The notes beneath the pieces are model-generated. The model was not told the DNA's origin and made no database searches. It was given only the letters and a program-made list of their open reading frames with translations. 64,000 nt of DNA from Octopus vulgaris (Eukaryota). The stretch is taken from the NCBI GenBank assembly GCA_951406725.2, contig OX597815.1, positions 159,836,001 to 159,900,000 of the forward strand. The letters run 5' to 3'. The position numbers and the translations under genes are program-made. Below, piece by piece: positions 38,890-51,960 of this stretch (its first letter is position 1; every line of letters begins with the position of its first letter).

Positions 38890-38990
38890 TAGAAGATGAC
38901 CAAAGAATGTTTTTAAAGAACCTCCATCTTCTAAAAAAGCAAATTTGCTTTCTCCACTCGCTATCACATGATTTCAAGTTGTTTTTCAGT
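38890..38990 (+). other. Candidate 101-nt exon (phase 1 to 0): (V)EDDQRMFLKNLHLLKKQICFLHSLSHDFKLFFS
   Basis: Acceptor gttgttttgctttttctAG, donor AGT|gtaaga; open only in the phase-1 frame. Confidence 0.2.
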
Positions 38991-40559
38991 GTAAGAAAGC
39001 TAGCTGTAAGCTGAGGTTACATACAAAAACATATCTTCAGTTAACAAACATAGATCAAATGGCTAAATGTTACATGATGGGGAGAAACATACATAAATTC
39101 CAAAAGAAAAAAAAGGAAAAAGGGAACATCCAAATATCAACTGGTTATTTATTCCAGCAATGTATCTTCAGAATCATATATTTTCTTCTCTCTTTTTGTG
39201 GCTATATTGTCATTTGTGATTCACATCTTTACTCAAAATGACATCTATTTATCATAGTAAGTTCTTCTATGATTGTTTTTTTAAAAACTATTCTAGCTTG
39301 AAAAATGATGTAAAACAATTAAAAAATGAATTTGGTTTACCATTTATTTTTATTATTTAGGGTTTAGCATTGTGATTTTTCTTTGCTGGCTCAATTTCAC
39401 TTTTTTTTTTTCTGCAAGACATTTTATGAATTCTTGAAGCAAATATGCGGTAGTTTTTAATATTATGCTCGTGACTAAGGCAGTGAGCTAGCAGAAGCAT
39501 TACTGTGCCAGAGAAAAGGTTTAACAGCATTTCTTCTAAATTTACATTCAGAGTTCAAATTTCGCCAAGGTCAACTTTGCCTTTCATCCTTTTCAGGTTA
39601 AATAAATTATGTACCAGTTAAGCACTGGGGTCAATGTAATTGACTAATCCCCTCCCAACAAATTTCAGGCTTTATGCTATAATAGGAAGGATATTATGCA
39701 CATGGCCATGAAATAAGATTACTGTTTATTAAAAAAAAAATGGTGTAGTACTCCTAGTAGAGGCCCAACACAAGATTCAGAATTTAATTTCATTCATTTA
39801 TGGATACAGGCAGAAATGTGAGGTTAAGAAGTTGATTTTTACAATTTTATGACTGTGTTCATTCCTTCTGTATGCACATCACCTTGGGCAAGTATCTTCT
39901 ACTCTAGCCCTAGGTCGACCAAAACCTTCAGTATATGAAAACTGTGTGAGGGCTGTACATGTTTTGAGGAGTGGAGAGCCTAATCTGTCACCCAAGGTAT
40001 CTTCAGCAGAGCTAACTCTGATGTAGACATACAGATCAGGTTTTCAGTCTAGGCAGTACAACCTTAGAGGCCTTGCATTGGTCTGAGTGTTGCAATTTCT
40101 TGTGACTGAACCATAACATTTTTATTTTATTTTTAAATCTGAATTTCTATAATCAGTTCACTAATAATCTCCTTTAAGTAATAGGCAAAGTAACTGAATT
40201 AATAGATAAATTTTAATAACTTTTATTGCACTGATGCCTCCTGCATAGTACTTACTCTGTAAATTGGTTGGTGTTAGAAAGGGTATCCAGTTATTGAAAC
40301 CAATCCAAATACTGAGACATGTGAGCATGATGGAGCTTCTTGAACTGTCTTGGAGGGCAGTAACTTCAAGAACTGATGCAGACTGGGTAATCCAGCTAAC
40401 TCATGCCAACATGGCAAGTAGACATAAATGATGAGATAAGGATGATGATGATTATGATGCCAACCACAATAATGTCTGGACCATAACAGGTAATATGTAC
40501 CTTAATGTCATCTGAGTGATGTATGAAAGAATATTTAAATACCTTACACCAAATGTAGC

Positions 40560-41155
40560 ATCACAATTCTTCCAACTTTACATTCTGGGTTCAAATGTCA
40601 CCTGGAGTCAGCTTTGCTTTTCATCCCTTTTGGGTGTTGATAAAATAAGTACTAGTTAAGTACTGGAGTTGATGTTATCAATTTACTCTTTCCTCTAAAA
40701 CTGCCAGCCTGGTGCCAAGATTTGTAACTAATGTGAATTTCAAAACAATGGCCTGAGCTGGCAGAATCATATGCACACCAGGAAAACTGCTCGGCGAAAT
40801 TTTGTCCATTTTTACATTAAGTTCAAATTCCGCCAAAGTCAACTTTGCTTTTCATCCTTTCAGGGTCAATAAGATAATCACTAGTTGGGTACTGGTATCA
40901 ATGTAATCAACTTCCCCCAACCCACCAAAAAAAAAAAAATTGCTGGCCCTGTGCGCCTAAGGTGGTGAGCTGACTGAATCATTAATATCCCAGTCCATCT
41001 TTATGTTCTGAGTTCAAATTCTGCCAAGGTTGACTTTGCCTTACATCTTTTCTATGTTGATAAAATAAAGTACCAGTTTAGGCCTGGAGTCTATGTAATC
41101 AGCATACACCTCCCTCCATGAAATTGCTGGTGTTGTGCCAAAACTTGAAATCAAC
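40560..41155 (+). mobile_element. Cluster of three head-to-tail decayed Meta-type SINE copies
   Basis: gttcaaat...ctttgcttttcatcc...aagtacyagtt recurs at about 40590, 40820 and 41010. Confidence 0.7.
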
Positions 41156-41809
41156 ACTAAATTTCAAATTTCTGTTTGGATCAGAAGCTGATGGATCTCT
41201 GGACAGTTTCAACTCTGAGCATCTGGTTATTTGATCAACTGCACCAACTGCTCTTTAAATTAATGTGTTATACGGTTGAGTATTCCATAGACATATGCAC
41301 TCAAAATATAAATCTAAGCTTAAACAATGTGGCACAAATATAACAAGGTTGGACTTTTGCATTATGTGCACAATCTATCTTACTGGCTTCTTCACAGTTT
41401 CTTATTGCCATCATCATGATTTTAACATGTGTTTACATGGATCTGATGGAATTTGTTAAGGCAGATTTTTCTGCAATCAGATACCTTTCTTTTCTGTTAC
41501 TCAATCTTCACTTGTTTGCAAGTAAGGTAATATTTCCCCATGGTTGAAGACATATTGCTCTAGAAGATTGGAAACAAGGGACACCACTTGTATGACAGTT
41601 TGTGTCTACCAAATCCACTCACAAAGCTTTGGTTGGCCCAAAGCTATAGTAGAAGACACTTGCCCGAGGTGCAACACAGTAGAACTGAACCCAGAACCAT
41701 GTGGTTGGTAAGCAAGCTGCTTACCACACAGCAACATCTAACTTCATTCCATTTTCAAATCCAGAATTGATAGAATAAATGCCTATAACACACTGGGGGT
41801 ACGTTCGAA

Positions 41810-42233
41810 GTTGACTTCCCAACAACATGGTTTGGAGTTTAGTCCTACAGGGATTCCTTCAGCAAGTGTTTTCTACTTAGCCTCAGGCTGACCAAAGCCT
41901 TGTGAGTGGATTTAGTATATGGAAACAGAAAGAAACCTCTATATGTGTATATGTGTGTTTGTCTCCACCACCACCACCACTTGGCAACCAGTGTTGGTTT
42001 GTTTTCATCCTTTTAACTTTGTGCTTCAGCAAAGGATGACAATGGAATAAGTTTCAGACTAGTACTGGGGATGGGGTGGAGGAGTCAAAGTGTTTGACTA
42101 ACCCAGTGTTTCTCAACTCTTTTACCCTTGTGTAACCCTTAAAATAAATTACATGTCTCAAGTAACCCCTGCACAAAAACATTAGATACCACACCTTTCT
42201 CATATTTTTTGCATCGTAGTTCACATGGTAAAT

Positions 42234-42278
<45 letters not shown>

Positions 42279-42560
42279 TTGTTATATCTTTTAGGCAACA
42301 TAATAGGTTAGATAGGATAAGGTCTGTATTAAAATATTACTCTAACCAATAACATATTGTGCATGTATAATAATATTACGATCATGAAATTAGCATTAGC
42401 TTATCTCACTCTTTCTCAGGAGACCCCTAGGAACCTTTTGCGGAACCTTGGGGTTCTAGGGAACACCAGTTTTAGAAACGCTGGACTAACCCTTGCATGG
42501 CAGTGCCCCAGCATGCTTACAGTCTAATAACTGAAACAGGTACAAAGTAGAAGATTAAAG
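41810..42560 (+). mobile_element. CORE-type SINE (family B) interrupted by an hAT MITE
   Basis: Head and CORE at 41810-41940; body continues after 42491. Confidence 0.75.
42104..42483. mobile_element. hAT MITE
   Basis: TIRs CAGTGTTTCTCAAC and GTTTTAGAAACGCTG; perfect 8-bp TSD GACTAACC at 42096-42103 and 42484-42491. Confidence 0.9.
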
Positions 42561-42805
42561 ATATGTGTATATAAAACTTTACACAAACACAGATGAAATT
42601 AAGCTTGTTTTTAATCAAACAATATAAACATTAAGCTACTGCTGAGAATACAATTATTGCATTGTGTAATATAATACAATACAAATTACATTGTAGAATT
42701 ACACTAACAATATATCTTGATTAATAATTAGAGGCATTTGACAACAGATAATCTGCAATATCATAGCAAATATATAACATACACATTCACACACATACAT
42801 ACATA

Positions 42806-42859
<54 letters not shown>

Positions 42860-43930
42860 TTAATATAAACTGTCAGGTGCAATGTGATACCATAAAAGAA
42901 AAATTCAATCATCACTAAGTATGACTAAGGTTGCCGGAGCACCTACATTGCTAGAAATAAGAGTTAAGATACTTTTAATGTTGTAGGCAGAGCGCAAAAT
43001 GTATACACACGTGTTGAGAGGGGAGGCAACCACCCCATGTGCTTGTGTGTGCGTGTGTGTGTTTGTGAATATCTTTTACAGGTTTCATTCATTAGACCAT
43101 AGCCATACTGTTGAAGGGTTTAGTTGAACAAATTAACACCAGTACTTATTTTTTAAAATTTGATGCTTATTCTATCGGTCTCTTTCATTGATGCACTTGT
43201 GCTGTATCTGTACCCCCACCACTGACAAACAGGGGTGGAAGGACAAATGCAACACAAGCAGAAAGACGTGCACACACACGCATATGTGTGTGTGTATATA
43301 TATATATATATGTTATATTTTACAGACTTCTTTCAGTTTCTGTGTACCAAATTCACTCTCAAGGTTTTGGGGTTTTGGTAGGTATGGGGTATGTACTGCC
43401 ATGTACTGTAAAGAAGTGTGTGTATATGTGTGTGTGTGTGTATGTATATATATATATAGTTAAAGTTAATCCAAACAAGAAAACACAGAAAAAAACACAG
43501 CAACGCGAGGACATATATATATACACACACACACATGTAAAAGTGCTTGTGCAGCACCATGTAAAAGTACCCATGCAGTGCCACATAAAAACACCCTCAC
43601 ATTTTGTAAAGTGGTTGGCATTAGGAAGGGCATCCAGCCATAGAAGCCATGCCAAATCAGACTGGAATACGGGGCAGCTCCCCCAGTTTGTCAGCTCTGG
43701 TCAAACCATCCAACACTGAACAATGAACGTTAAATGATGGTGATGATGTTCCTTTACATTCTGCTTTCGAGTCCTGCTAATGTCAACTGCTTTCCATCTA
43801 CCAATAGTAAATAAGTACAAGTCAAGAATTGGAGTCTCTTAAACATACTATATCCCTTTCTTACAGCTTTGAGTTTTGTGCCTGTTTTAGAATTATTTTA
43901 TACTATAGCACCTTGTTACATTGAGCTAAT

Positions 43931-44903
43931 ATCTCCACTTAAAAGTGGATGTTCTGTTAAAACAAACTATACTGAGATAGACACCATGAGAGAACTTCTC
44001 ATATTGGCTTTTGGTGTAAAATGCACTGTTGTTTTCATAGAGATATATTTATAACAGTAAGTGTTAGGAGTTGGAGATTACCATTAGTAACAGTAGATGC
44101 AGTTATTTGTTTTCAGTGGTTATCCAAATATAATGGATGTGATGTTGCAGATATGAAAGAAGAACAATGGTCGAAGTTGATGACGACTTCAAATTTTTAT
44201 TTACTGTTACTTTATGTATAGCAACACATGACGGCAGGCATGTATAATATATAAGTAGAAAAACATGCTAGGTTAGAGAGTTAATCTCTTCTTTTGTAAG
44301 TGTGTACATGTTCTCACTATTGTTATAATAAGCCAAAGATAGTAATTGAGTGATGTTGTAGAGAAGAAAAATGAGCTAGTGAGAAAGTGAAAGTGGTGGG
44401 ACAAGACAACTGCTTCATTGGTGAGTTACTGTAGTTGTTCCTCTTTGCATTTTTATTCAGAGACAGCGTTTCATTCAGATGGTCAGCCAACGTCCCTCTT
44501 AGTCGGTTCTCACTAACTGATTTTGCCCTGTATGCTGCTAGTATTTATAAGAATTGCAGACCAGCCAGAAAGAGAGAAATATTGTTGAGAACAACAGATT
44601 TATTCAATGTAGGCCGCCCTTATCTAATTTCAATTTTTGGTGGCATAGAAGAAGTCAAGGGTTGAACTGAAAATACCTGAATTGTCGCTCCTGTCAACTA
44701 TTGTTTTTCTGTGAGAAAAATACTGTTGCAATGTTAAGGGAAATTGACAGATTCAAGTTCGAATCAATGCCTAAATGAAGTCTCTACATATTTATGGCAA
44801 TATGGAGTGCATTGTGCAACAAAAAGGCAATGTTAGAGTTTCCCTCATGGTATCGACCTCAGTATAGTTTGTTCTAACAGAACATCCACATTTAAGTGGG
44901 GAT
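43931..44903. repeat. Inverted repeat (arms about 97 bp) flanked by a 14-bp direct repeat
   Basis: Arms 43931-44027 and 44806-44903; ACCTTGTTACATTG at 43910-43923 and 44949-44962. Confidence 0.85.
44041..44056 (+). CDS. Candidate 16-nt microexon (AGATATATTTATAACA)
   Basis: Acceptor aTGCactgttgttttcatAG, donor ACA|GTAAGT. Confidence 0.35.
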
Positions 44904-45506
44904 AAATATTACCTCTTGGTATTAATACTGTCTCTCTCACTAATATTTACCTTGTTACATTGTTATCATGGTTGTCTTTATTGTTAAAATCACTTCTGCA
45001 TATTTAATTCAATTTCTAATTTTGTTGTTAAAATAGATTAGAAATCATAATTGAAATACAAGAATGAGAATGAGTAGCAAAACAAGCAAAGTGCCATATT
45101 CTATAATTGACTATGTTTATTGAATATACAGCCCAAGTTCAAATACTGCCAGGAGCAACTTTGCCTTTTGTCTCTCCAGAATCAGTGAAAATAAGAACTG
45201 GTAATAGCGTCAAGTCAGTTCAATCAATCATACCAATTTGCATTTGTGTTGCTAACATTTGAACTCATTATTATAGAAACACAGTACTGAATAGTTCTGC
45301 TGCAGATTTTCAAGAACCAATGCAGTATCATTGCATCTAGTATTATTAACATAGATATATAGAGAGCACTTCTGAAGTGTTCTATAGAACTGTATCAATG
45401 TTGTTGCTGTTGCTATTATGAATCACAAGATCATATAGCAACACAACATTTTCATAGTGTTGTATAGCACTGATACAATGTAACAATGTTTGTTACCAGT
45501 AATGAG

Positions 45507-45540
45507 ATTGCTATGACAACTTGAAATCTGCTTCACGTGA
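45507..45540. promoter_or_regulatory. X-box plus E-box candidate promoter element
   Basis: ATTGCTATGACAAC (45507-45520) fits RYYNYY-N2-RRNRAC; TCACGTGA at 45533-45540. Confidence 0.4.
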
Positions 45541-45606
45541 TAGCCTTTGAATGAATTTTGGCAGCTTTTTAAAAGAAAGATTCACTGTAGCTGGTAGTTT
45601 TTCTCT

Positions 45607-45627
45607 ATGGTTGATAAATTGCTGCAG
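45607..45627 (+). CDS. Coding end of a candidate alternative first exon (MVDKLLQ)
   Basis: ATG GTT GAT AAA TTG CTG CAG|gtaaaa, about 90 nt downstream of the X-box; the phase-0 end fits exon 62925. Confidence 0.25.
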
Positions 45628-47167
45628 GTAAAAATGGCTTGTATATTTTTCTCTGAAACATTAATAATTCTACATTATATTCTATAACTGCTGAGATTGC
45701 AAGAATTTAATGTTCACAGATATGGATTCCTGTATCAATACATGATTCAATATTGATGCATATTGACATATCTTAAAAATAATTTCATATAAGAATTTTA
45801 TCTTTTTAAGATAAAAAAAATGTCTTATCTTTAGAAATAAGCGAATGGTGTATTTGTATGTATAGCATCATGTGTATTTGTAAGTGTATGACAAAGAAAG
45901 GGAGGGTATACTACACCTTTGTTTTCATTCAAGCAATCAAAATCATTATCTTTTATGTCAGAATTATAATATTATCAACATCATTATATTGTTGTTTTTT
46001 TAAGAAGAAATGAATATAAATGATTTTAAAAAAAAGAAAAAGAAATCATTGCTTTATTGATTAAAATATCACCTTTTATCATAAGGTTTTGTATACGTTT
46101 ACATTCACTCAATTCTTGTTTAAAATTGGAAAAAACCAAAAATCCAAGTAGACATGTTGGAAAGTATAAAAATAGAATTGGATAAACATTGCTAGTTTGA
46201 TGAGATAATTCTTGGTCTCTCGCCCATCATCTTTGTTTCCTAAGAAACCAAACCTATGTCAAGTGTAAAAATATAACGATTGTTTCCCTGGCAGACCTTC
46301 TCCGGAACACAGCTGAACTTATATATATATGTCTGTCAGGACAGTTCTAAAGGATTCTATAAGTATTTATGATTCGGCATTCAAAATCTCACTTTAGATT
46401 TGTTATTTCCTTTTTCAGAATTACACCAGACATTGCTATCAGTAGTGAATTAGTTTAAAACTTTTTGACAACAGAGCATAGAATGCAAAAGAAATGCCCC
46501 AGCATGGAACAATCTAGTGACAGAAGCTTGTAAAAGAGTCAAGGGTCATAGTTTTGGAATAACATCTTGAAGCATTAACCATATCTTTTCTGATTTGTAA
46601 AAGACTGTCATCCAAGTGTTTCCATTTCTCTTCATTGTTGAGGTGTCTTGTAAGATAAGAATATAGAAACTATGTGTGACTTCAGAGTCTGTGAGTTCAA
46701 GCCTAGTTTGAGTGCATGTATATTACCTATAGGAAGTATAGCACTAGATGGTGAACAAAGATCATGCTATTTGTAGTGTTTGTGAAATATTATTTCATCA
46801 GTACTAACAATAGTCTCAAAGTATTTAACACAGTTATAGTATTGTTTATATAGTAGGGACACTGGCTGCCACTCACACAAATATCCTAGACTGTATTTAA
46901 AAAAAAGGACCAAAAACTACTTGACCCACTTGTCTTTCTGTCTTTTACATCTTATGCTTGTTATCTCACAGCCATGAGAACCTGTTCTAAACACTTTACT
47001 CAAACCTTCCTCCCTAGACAATTGTCCTTTGGCAATCTGGCCCATATTTTCTTGCAGTCAACAACCTGCAGAAGTTTATAATGAACATCAACTGTATGAA
47101 ATTTCTCTCGTTTACAATTTTGATAAAGTCCTTCTCCTTTCCTACTGAATAACTAGAAAGAAATTTT

Positions 47168-47738
47168 TTTAACCCATTAGAATTTAAACTGACCATACCC
47201 AGTCTAAACATTCTAACTATTTCATGGTGAAACTGGATGGATCTGGCCTCTCACCACTATTCTGCAATATTATTTTAAAAATAAACAATCACATCATTGA
47301 AATCTTGAAGCTATGAGAGAGTGCATGATTTATTCTAAACAATGTGAAAAAATAAGCAGTACATTTGAAGGCTCAGCGGTCAGAGTGTCAAGCTTACGAT
47401 TGTGACGTTGTGAGTTCGAATCCCAGACCTGGTTATATGTTGTGTTCTTGAGCAAGACACTTTATTTCACCTTGCTCCAGTTCACTCAGCTGTAGGAATG
47501 AGTTGCGACGTCACAGGTGCCAAGCTGTATCAGCCTTTGCTCTTCTCTTGGATAACATCAGTTGTGTGCAGAGGGGAGGCTGGTATGCATGAGCAACTGC
47601 TGGTCTTCCATTAACAACCTTGCCCAGGCTTGTGCCTGGGAGGGTAACTTTCTAGGTGCAATCCTATGGTCAGTCACGACTGAAGGGGATCTCAGCAGCA
47701 GCAACATTTGATAGAATAACATGAATGCTAAAGGGTTA
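47168..47738 (+). mobile_element. piggyBac-type MITE with a nested SINE
   Basis: ttaacccattagaatt...aatgctaaagggttaa, split by a family C2 SINE. Confidence 0.8.
47368..47694 (+). mobile_element. tRNA-derived SINE (family C2)
   Basis: B box GTTCGAATCC; high similarity to the 2466 and 56153 copies. Confidence 0.9.
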
Positions 47739-47782
47739 AAGAGGCTCAGCATAAAATACCTTTTATTTTCATGCACATTTTC

Positions 47783-48018
47783 TTATTTCTTTACTACCCA
47801 CAAGGGGCTAAACATAGAGGAGACAAACAAGGACAGACAAAGGCATTAAGTCGATTACATTGACCTCCAGTGCGTAACTGGTACTTAATTTACCGACCCT
47901 GAAAGGATGGAAGGCAAAGTCGACCTCAGCAGAATTTGAACTCAGAACGTAACGGCAGAAGAAATACTGGTAAGCATTTCGCCCAGTGTGCTAACATTTC
48001 TGCCAGCTCGCCACCTTT
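47783..48018 (-). mobile_element. Meta-type SINE (family A), full length
   Basis: 12-bp TSD ATGCACATTTTC at 47771-47782 and 48019-48030. Confidence 0.9.
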
Positions 48019-50896
48019 ATGCACATTTTCTGTCTTAAAATAAATATTGAGATAGTTTATTGTATATTCTGGCAAACAATTCAGCATAGAATATAGTGTA
48101 AACATGTAATAGTATTCAAACATCATCACTGCCTTTGCAATTCCTGCTGCATTGTCTTGGTGTATAAGTCAATTCATCTTCATTTGATTGTAAATTTTGG
48201 TCTGAAAATTTCAACACATGTGCTAGAAAATACAGTATCACACCCATTTGGGAAAAAAGTGAAATATATAATGAACGGTTAGCTCTAATGTACTGTACTT
48301 TATTTATTACAATCCTCTTAGTTAATGTATTATACTGAAATGTTATATGCTAACTGTGATAGATACCAGTATTAGAAAATGTCATAGAATGGAAGATATG
48401 GAAAGAAATAGGGATGAGATAAAATACTTGGACCTAACAGACAAAAATATGGTGATTCAGGAAAAAAAAAACCCAGTGATATGCTGAATTTGCAGACCTA
48501 TCCAACCCATGCTAGTAAAAAAAAAAAAAAAAAAAAAAGAAAGAAACTGTCAACAATGATGTTTGGAAGCTGCATTTTTTAAAACTTGGATTTTTATTTA
48601 TTAAGTTGACATTATGATATTGACTTATTCAACACATCTCAGTGTGACTTATCTATGATTTAGAAATTTTAGTGTCAGCCAGTAATGTTTATTTGGGGGA
48701 CAGGTTAAGCATAGATTTGATGTTACTCTTTGAATGCTATGTCAATAACAGAGAAAGGCTAAAATAGAATTATGTGTATTCTTATGATAGTGAAGAGAAT
48801 GGTTTGATTTTTTTTCCTTCTTTTTTTTTTTTTAAAGAAATAGTTTGGAGCAATGTCAATGTTCCTGTAATTGGGAGAGTTAATATGGCTAGTATTATGC
48901 TCGAATATCTGTATGTTGACAAATATCACAGCTAAATATTTTATTTAATATAGGCAAATATACCAATATACAGAGGTTAAATGGCTTCATTTTGATGTGG
49001 TTGAATAATTTGCAATGAAGGATTACATAAGTGAATGGTGTCTGGATTCATGACAGATTAAAAAGGACTATTACTACAATATTTATGAATCAATATATAA
49101 TGTTTTTAATGTATATAATCTTCAATTTGAGACAGAAAAAATAAACAGATTCATTGACCAGAATTGAAAAATATATCTCTTGCTTGTCAATAGCATAATG
49201 CAGTATTTTTTTTTTAAAGTCACAGCTATAAAAACCTACTACAAACACATTGTTTGCAATTATGAATATAGTTTCTCCCTCAGATACTAGACTGTTTCTG
49301 CAAATAGGAATGGTTACATTTGATGGAATAATCCCTTAAGATATGACATGCTTTGTCAACTACTATAGAACCTGAAATCAGAAGAGCAAACCATGAAACC
49401 AAAAAATATAATGTATCTCACTCAATTTCCTCTTTTTTTTTCTTTCATCAGCATCACAGGAATTTCATATGAATTGGCAGAAAACTAATATTATAATAGA
49501 AAGGAATAGTGTGTGCGTGTGTGTCTGTGTCTGTGTGAGTCTGGTTTATTGAATTATTTCCCCATATATTATTGCTGCTTATTTTATTAACCACAATTGA
49601 GTTGAAAATACAAAGCCAACTTGGGATTCCATATCATAATGAGGTTGACAATACCTTAATGTTGTTACAGAAAACGTAATATTTTAACAGAAATGGATTT
49701 CTTTGGTCAAATTGTTCTGTAAGCAGTAAACTTGTCCTTGTTAAGCCCAGTGGGGTTTTGACAGAAGTAGAAAGATCTTGTTTTTGATTTTATTGCTTTT
49801 TTGTAAATGGTTTTAAGGTTCTTTATGCAGGGGTGGGGGGAACCAGTAACTGGAAGATTTTAGAGGACAATACGTGAAATCTGGTCAAAGGATTTGTTTC
49901 TAACTTGTGTTTATTTTTAAACAGCTTTACTGCTGTCCATCTCACTCATTCTCTCTCTTACCATCAACTGTCTTTATTGTTAGCCACCTGTCTTTCCCCA
50001 TCCCCACACACTTATGACTCACTCCTTATTGACATCCATCAGTCTCCCTTTCTCTCTTCCTCTTTCTCATTCCCGTCACTTGCTTTCCTTTCCATTACTT
50101 TCCCCTCTCTCTGCATCACATGGCCTTAACAAATTCTGTATCTAACACACATTTCTTGAAGATGTATATTTATACTTATATCTCCTTCCCTTTTGTTATT
50201 TCTATTCAATCTCTTTACCAGCAACCATAATATAGCTGTATATTATTTTCTCTCCTCTCTCTCCCTTACTGTCTATCTATCTATCACTTCCTTATATTTA
50301 TCACTCTGGTTCTTTTCCATTCAACATTCTATCATCCTTGCTCCAACTATCTTTCACCCACCTAGTATTATAGGAAAGGAACAGAGACAGTGTAGTAAAG
50401 AAAGAATCTCATTAATCTTGTGTGGGATGTGGTGTGAGGGGATAATCTTTCTGATGTCGATGAAAGAATAAACAGAGGCAATGCAGAGAATTGTACTGGA
50501 GTCACAGTAAGACATACCGAGTGCACTCTGTAAAAGAGGTGATAGCTGGAAGGGCATCTAACCACAGAAGCCATGGCCAAAATGTAATGTTCAAATGAAA
50601 CATGTTCCTTGATCCATATAGGAGGGCAGTGTTTGCAAAGAAGATCTTGTTCGTCCAATACTATCATTGTGAAACACAAAATGATTATGACGACAATGAC
50701 AAGGAGGAGGAGGGGGAAGGAAACTTAGTAACAGAAAATAACAGTGAGAATGATAATGAAAAGAGTGATGGAATTACCTTTTACTTTTTATTCCTTTCAG
50801 TTATTAGATTGTGGCCATGCTAGGGCACCACCTTGATGAATTTTTAGTCAAAGGAATTGACTCCAGTACTTTTTTTTTAAGCTTGTCAATTATTCT

Positions 50897-51131
50897 TGTT
50901 TCTTTATTGCCCACAAGGGGCTAAACACAGAGGGGACAAACAAGGACAGACAAAGGGATTAAGTCGATTACATCGACCCCAGTGCGTAACTGGTACTTAA
51001 TTTATCGACCCCGAAAGGATGAAAGGTAAGGTTGACCCCGGCAGAATTTGAACTCAGAACTAACGGCAGACGAAATATCGCTAAGCATTTCGCCCGGCAT
51101 GCTAACGATTCTGCCAGCTCGCTGCCTTCAA
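50897..51131 (-). mobile_element. Young Meta-type SINE (family A) nested in a CORE-type SINE (50790-51416)
   Basis: CpG-rich full-length copy; TSD taagcttgtca(a/c)ttattct on both sides. Confidence 0.9.
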
Positions 51132-51651
51132 TAAGCTTGTCACTTATTCTGATGATCTCTTTTGCTGGGATGTAAGCAAACCAATGCTGGTTGTCAAGCA
51201 GTAGTGATGGACAAATGCAGGCACAAAGATACACACATTAATATATATATATTTATATATACAAGGGTGTCTTTTAGTTTCCTTCTATCGAATCCACTCA
51301 TAAGGTTTGGTCAGCCTGAAACTATAGCAAAAAACACTTGCCTGAGTTACCCCATAGTGGGACTTAACCTGGAACCATGTGGTTGGGAAGCAAGCTTCTT
51401 ATCACACAGCCACACCGTGGAATTTTTTCTTTTTTTGTTTTTGCTATTGCAATTCTTGTTGTAATATGGTGAATTGATAGAATCATTAGTGTGGCAGTAT
51501 TGTAGCTCTTTACATTTTAGGTTCAAATCTTGCTAAAGTCAGCTATATTTTTCTCTATCCTTTCAGGGTTCAATAAAATAAAGTAACAGTCAAGTAATGG
51601 AACTGGTTTTATTGACTAACGAAGCCTCCTAAATTTATGGTTTTGTACGTT

Positions 51652-51960
51652 ATCATCATCATCATTGTTTAATGTCCCCCTTCCATGCTAGCATGGGTTG
51701 GATGGTTTGACAGGAACCAGCCAGTCAGAAGACTGCATCAGACTTCTGTGTCTGTTATGGTATGAATTTTATGGCTGGATGCCCTTCCTAACACCAACCA
51801 CTCAGCAGAGTGGACTGAGTTCTTTTTTATGTGACACGAGCACAGGTGATGTCAGTTTTGGCATGGCTTTTACAGCTGGATGCCCTTTCAAATGCCAACC
51901 ACTTTACAGTGTGAACTGGATACTTTCTATGTGACACCAGCACCGGCAGGGTCACCAAGT
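51652..51960 (-). mobile_element. RTE-derived non-autonomous element (family D)
   Basis: (CAT)n tail and a duplicated gctggatgccc motif. Confidence 0.75.

Noticed and set aside
44420-44840. Possible Helitron helicase relic
   Set aside because: The resemblance is only a few residues and the segment overlaps the inverted-repeat arm; no continuous motif.
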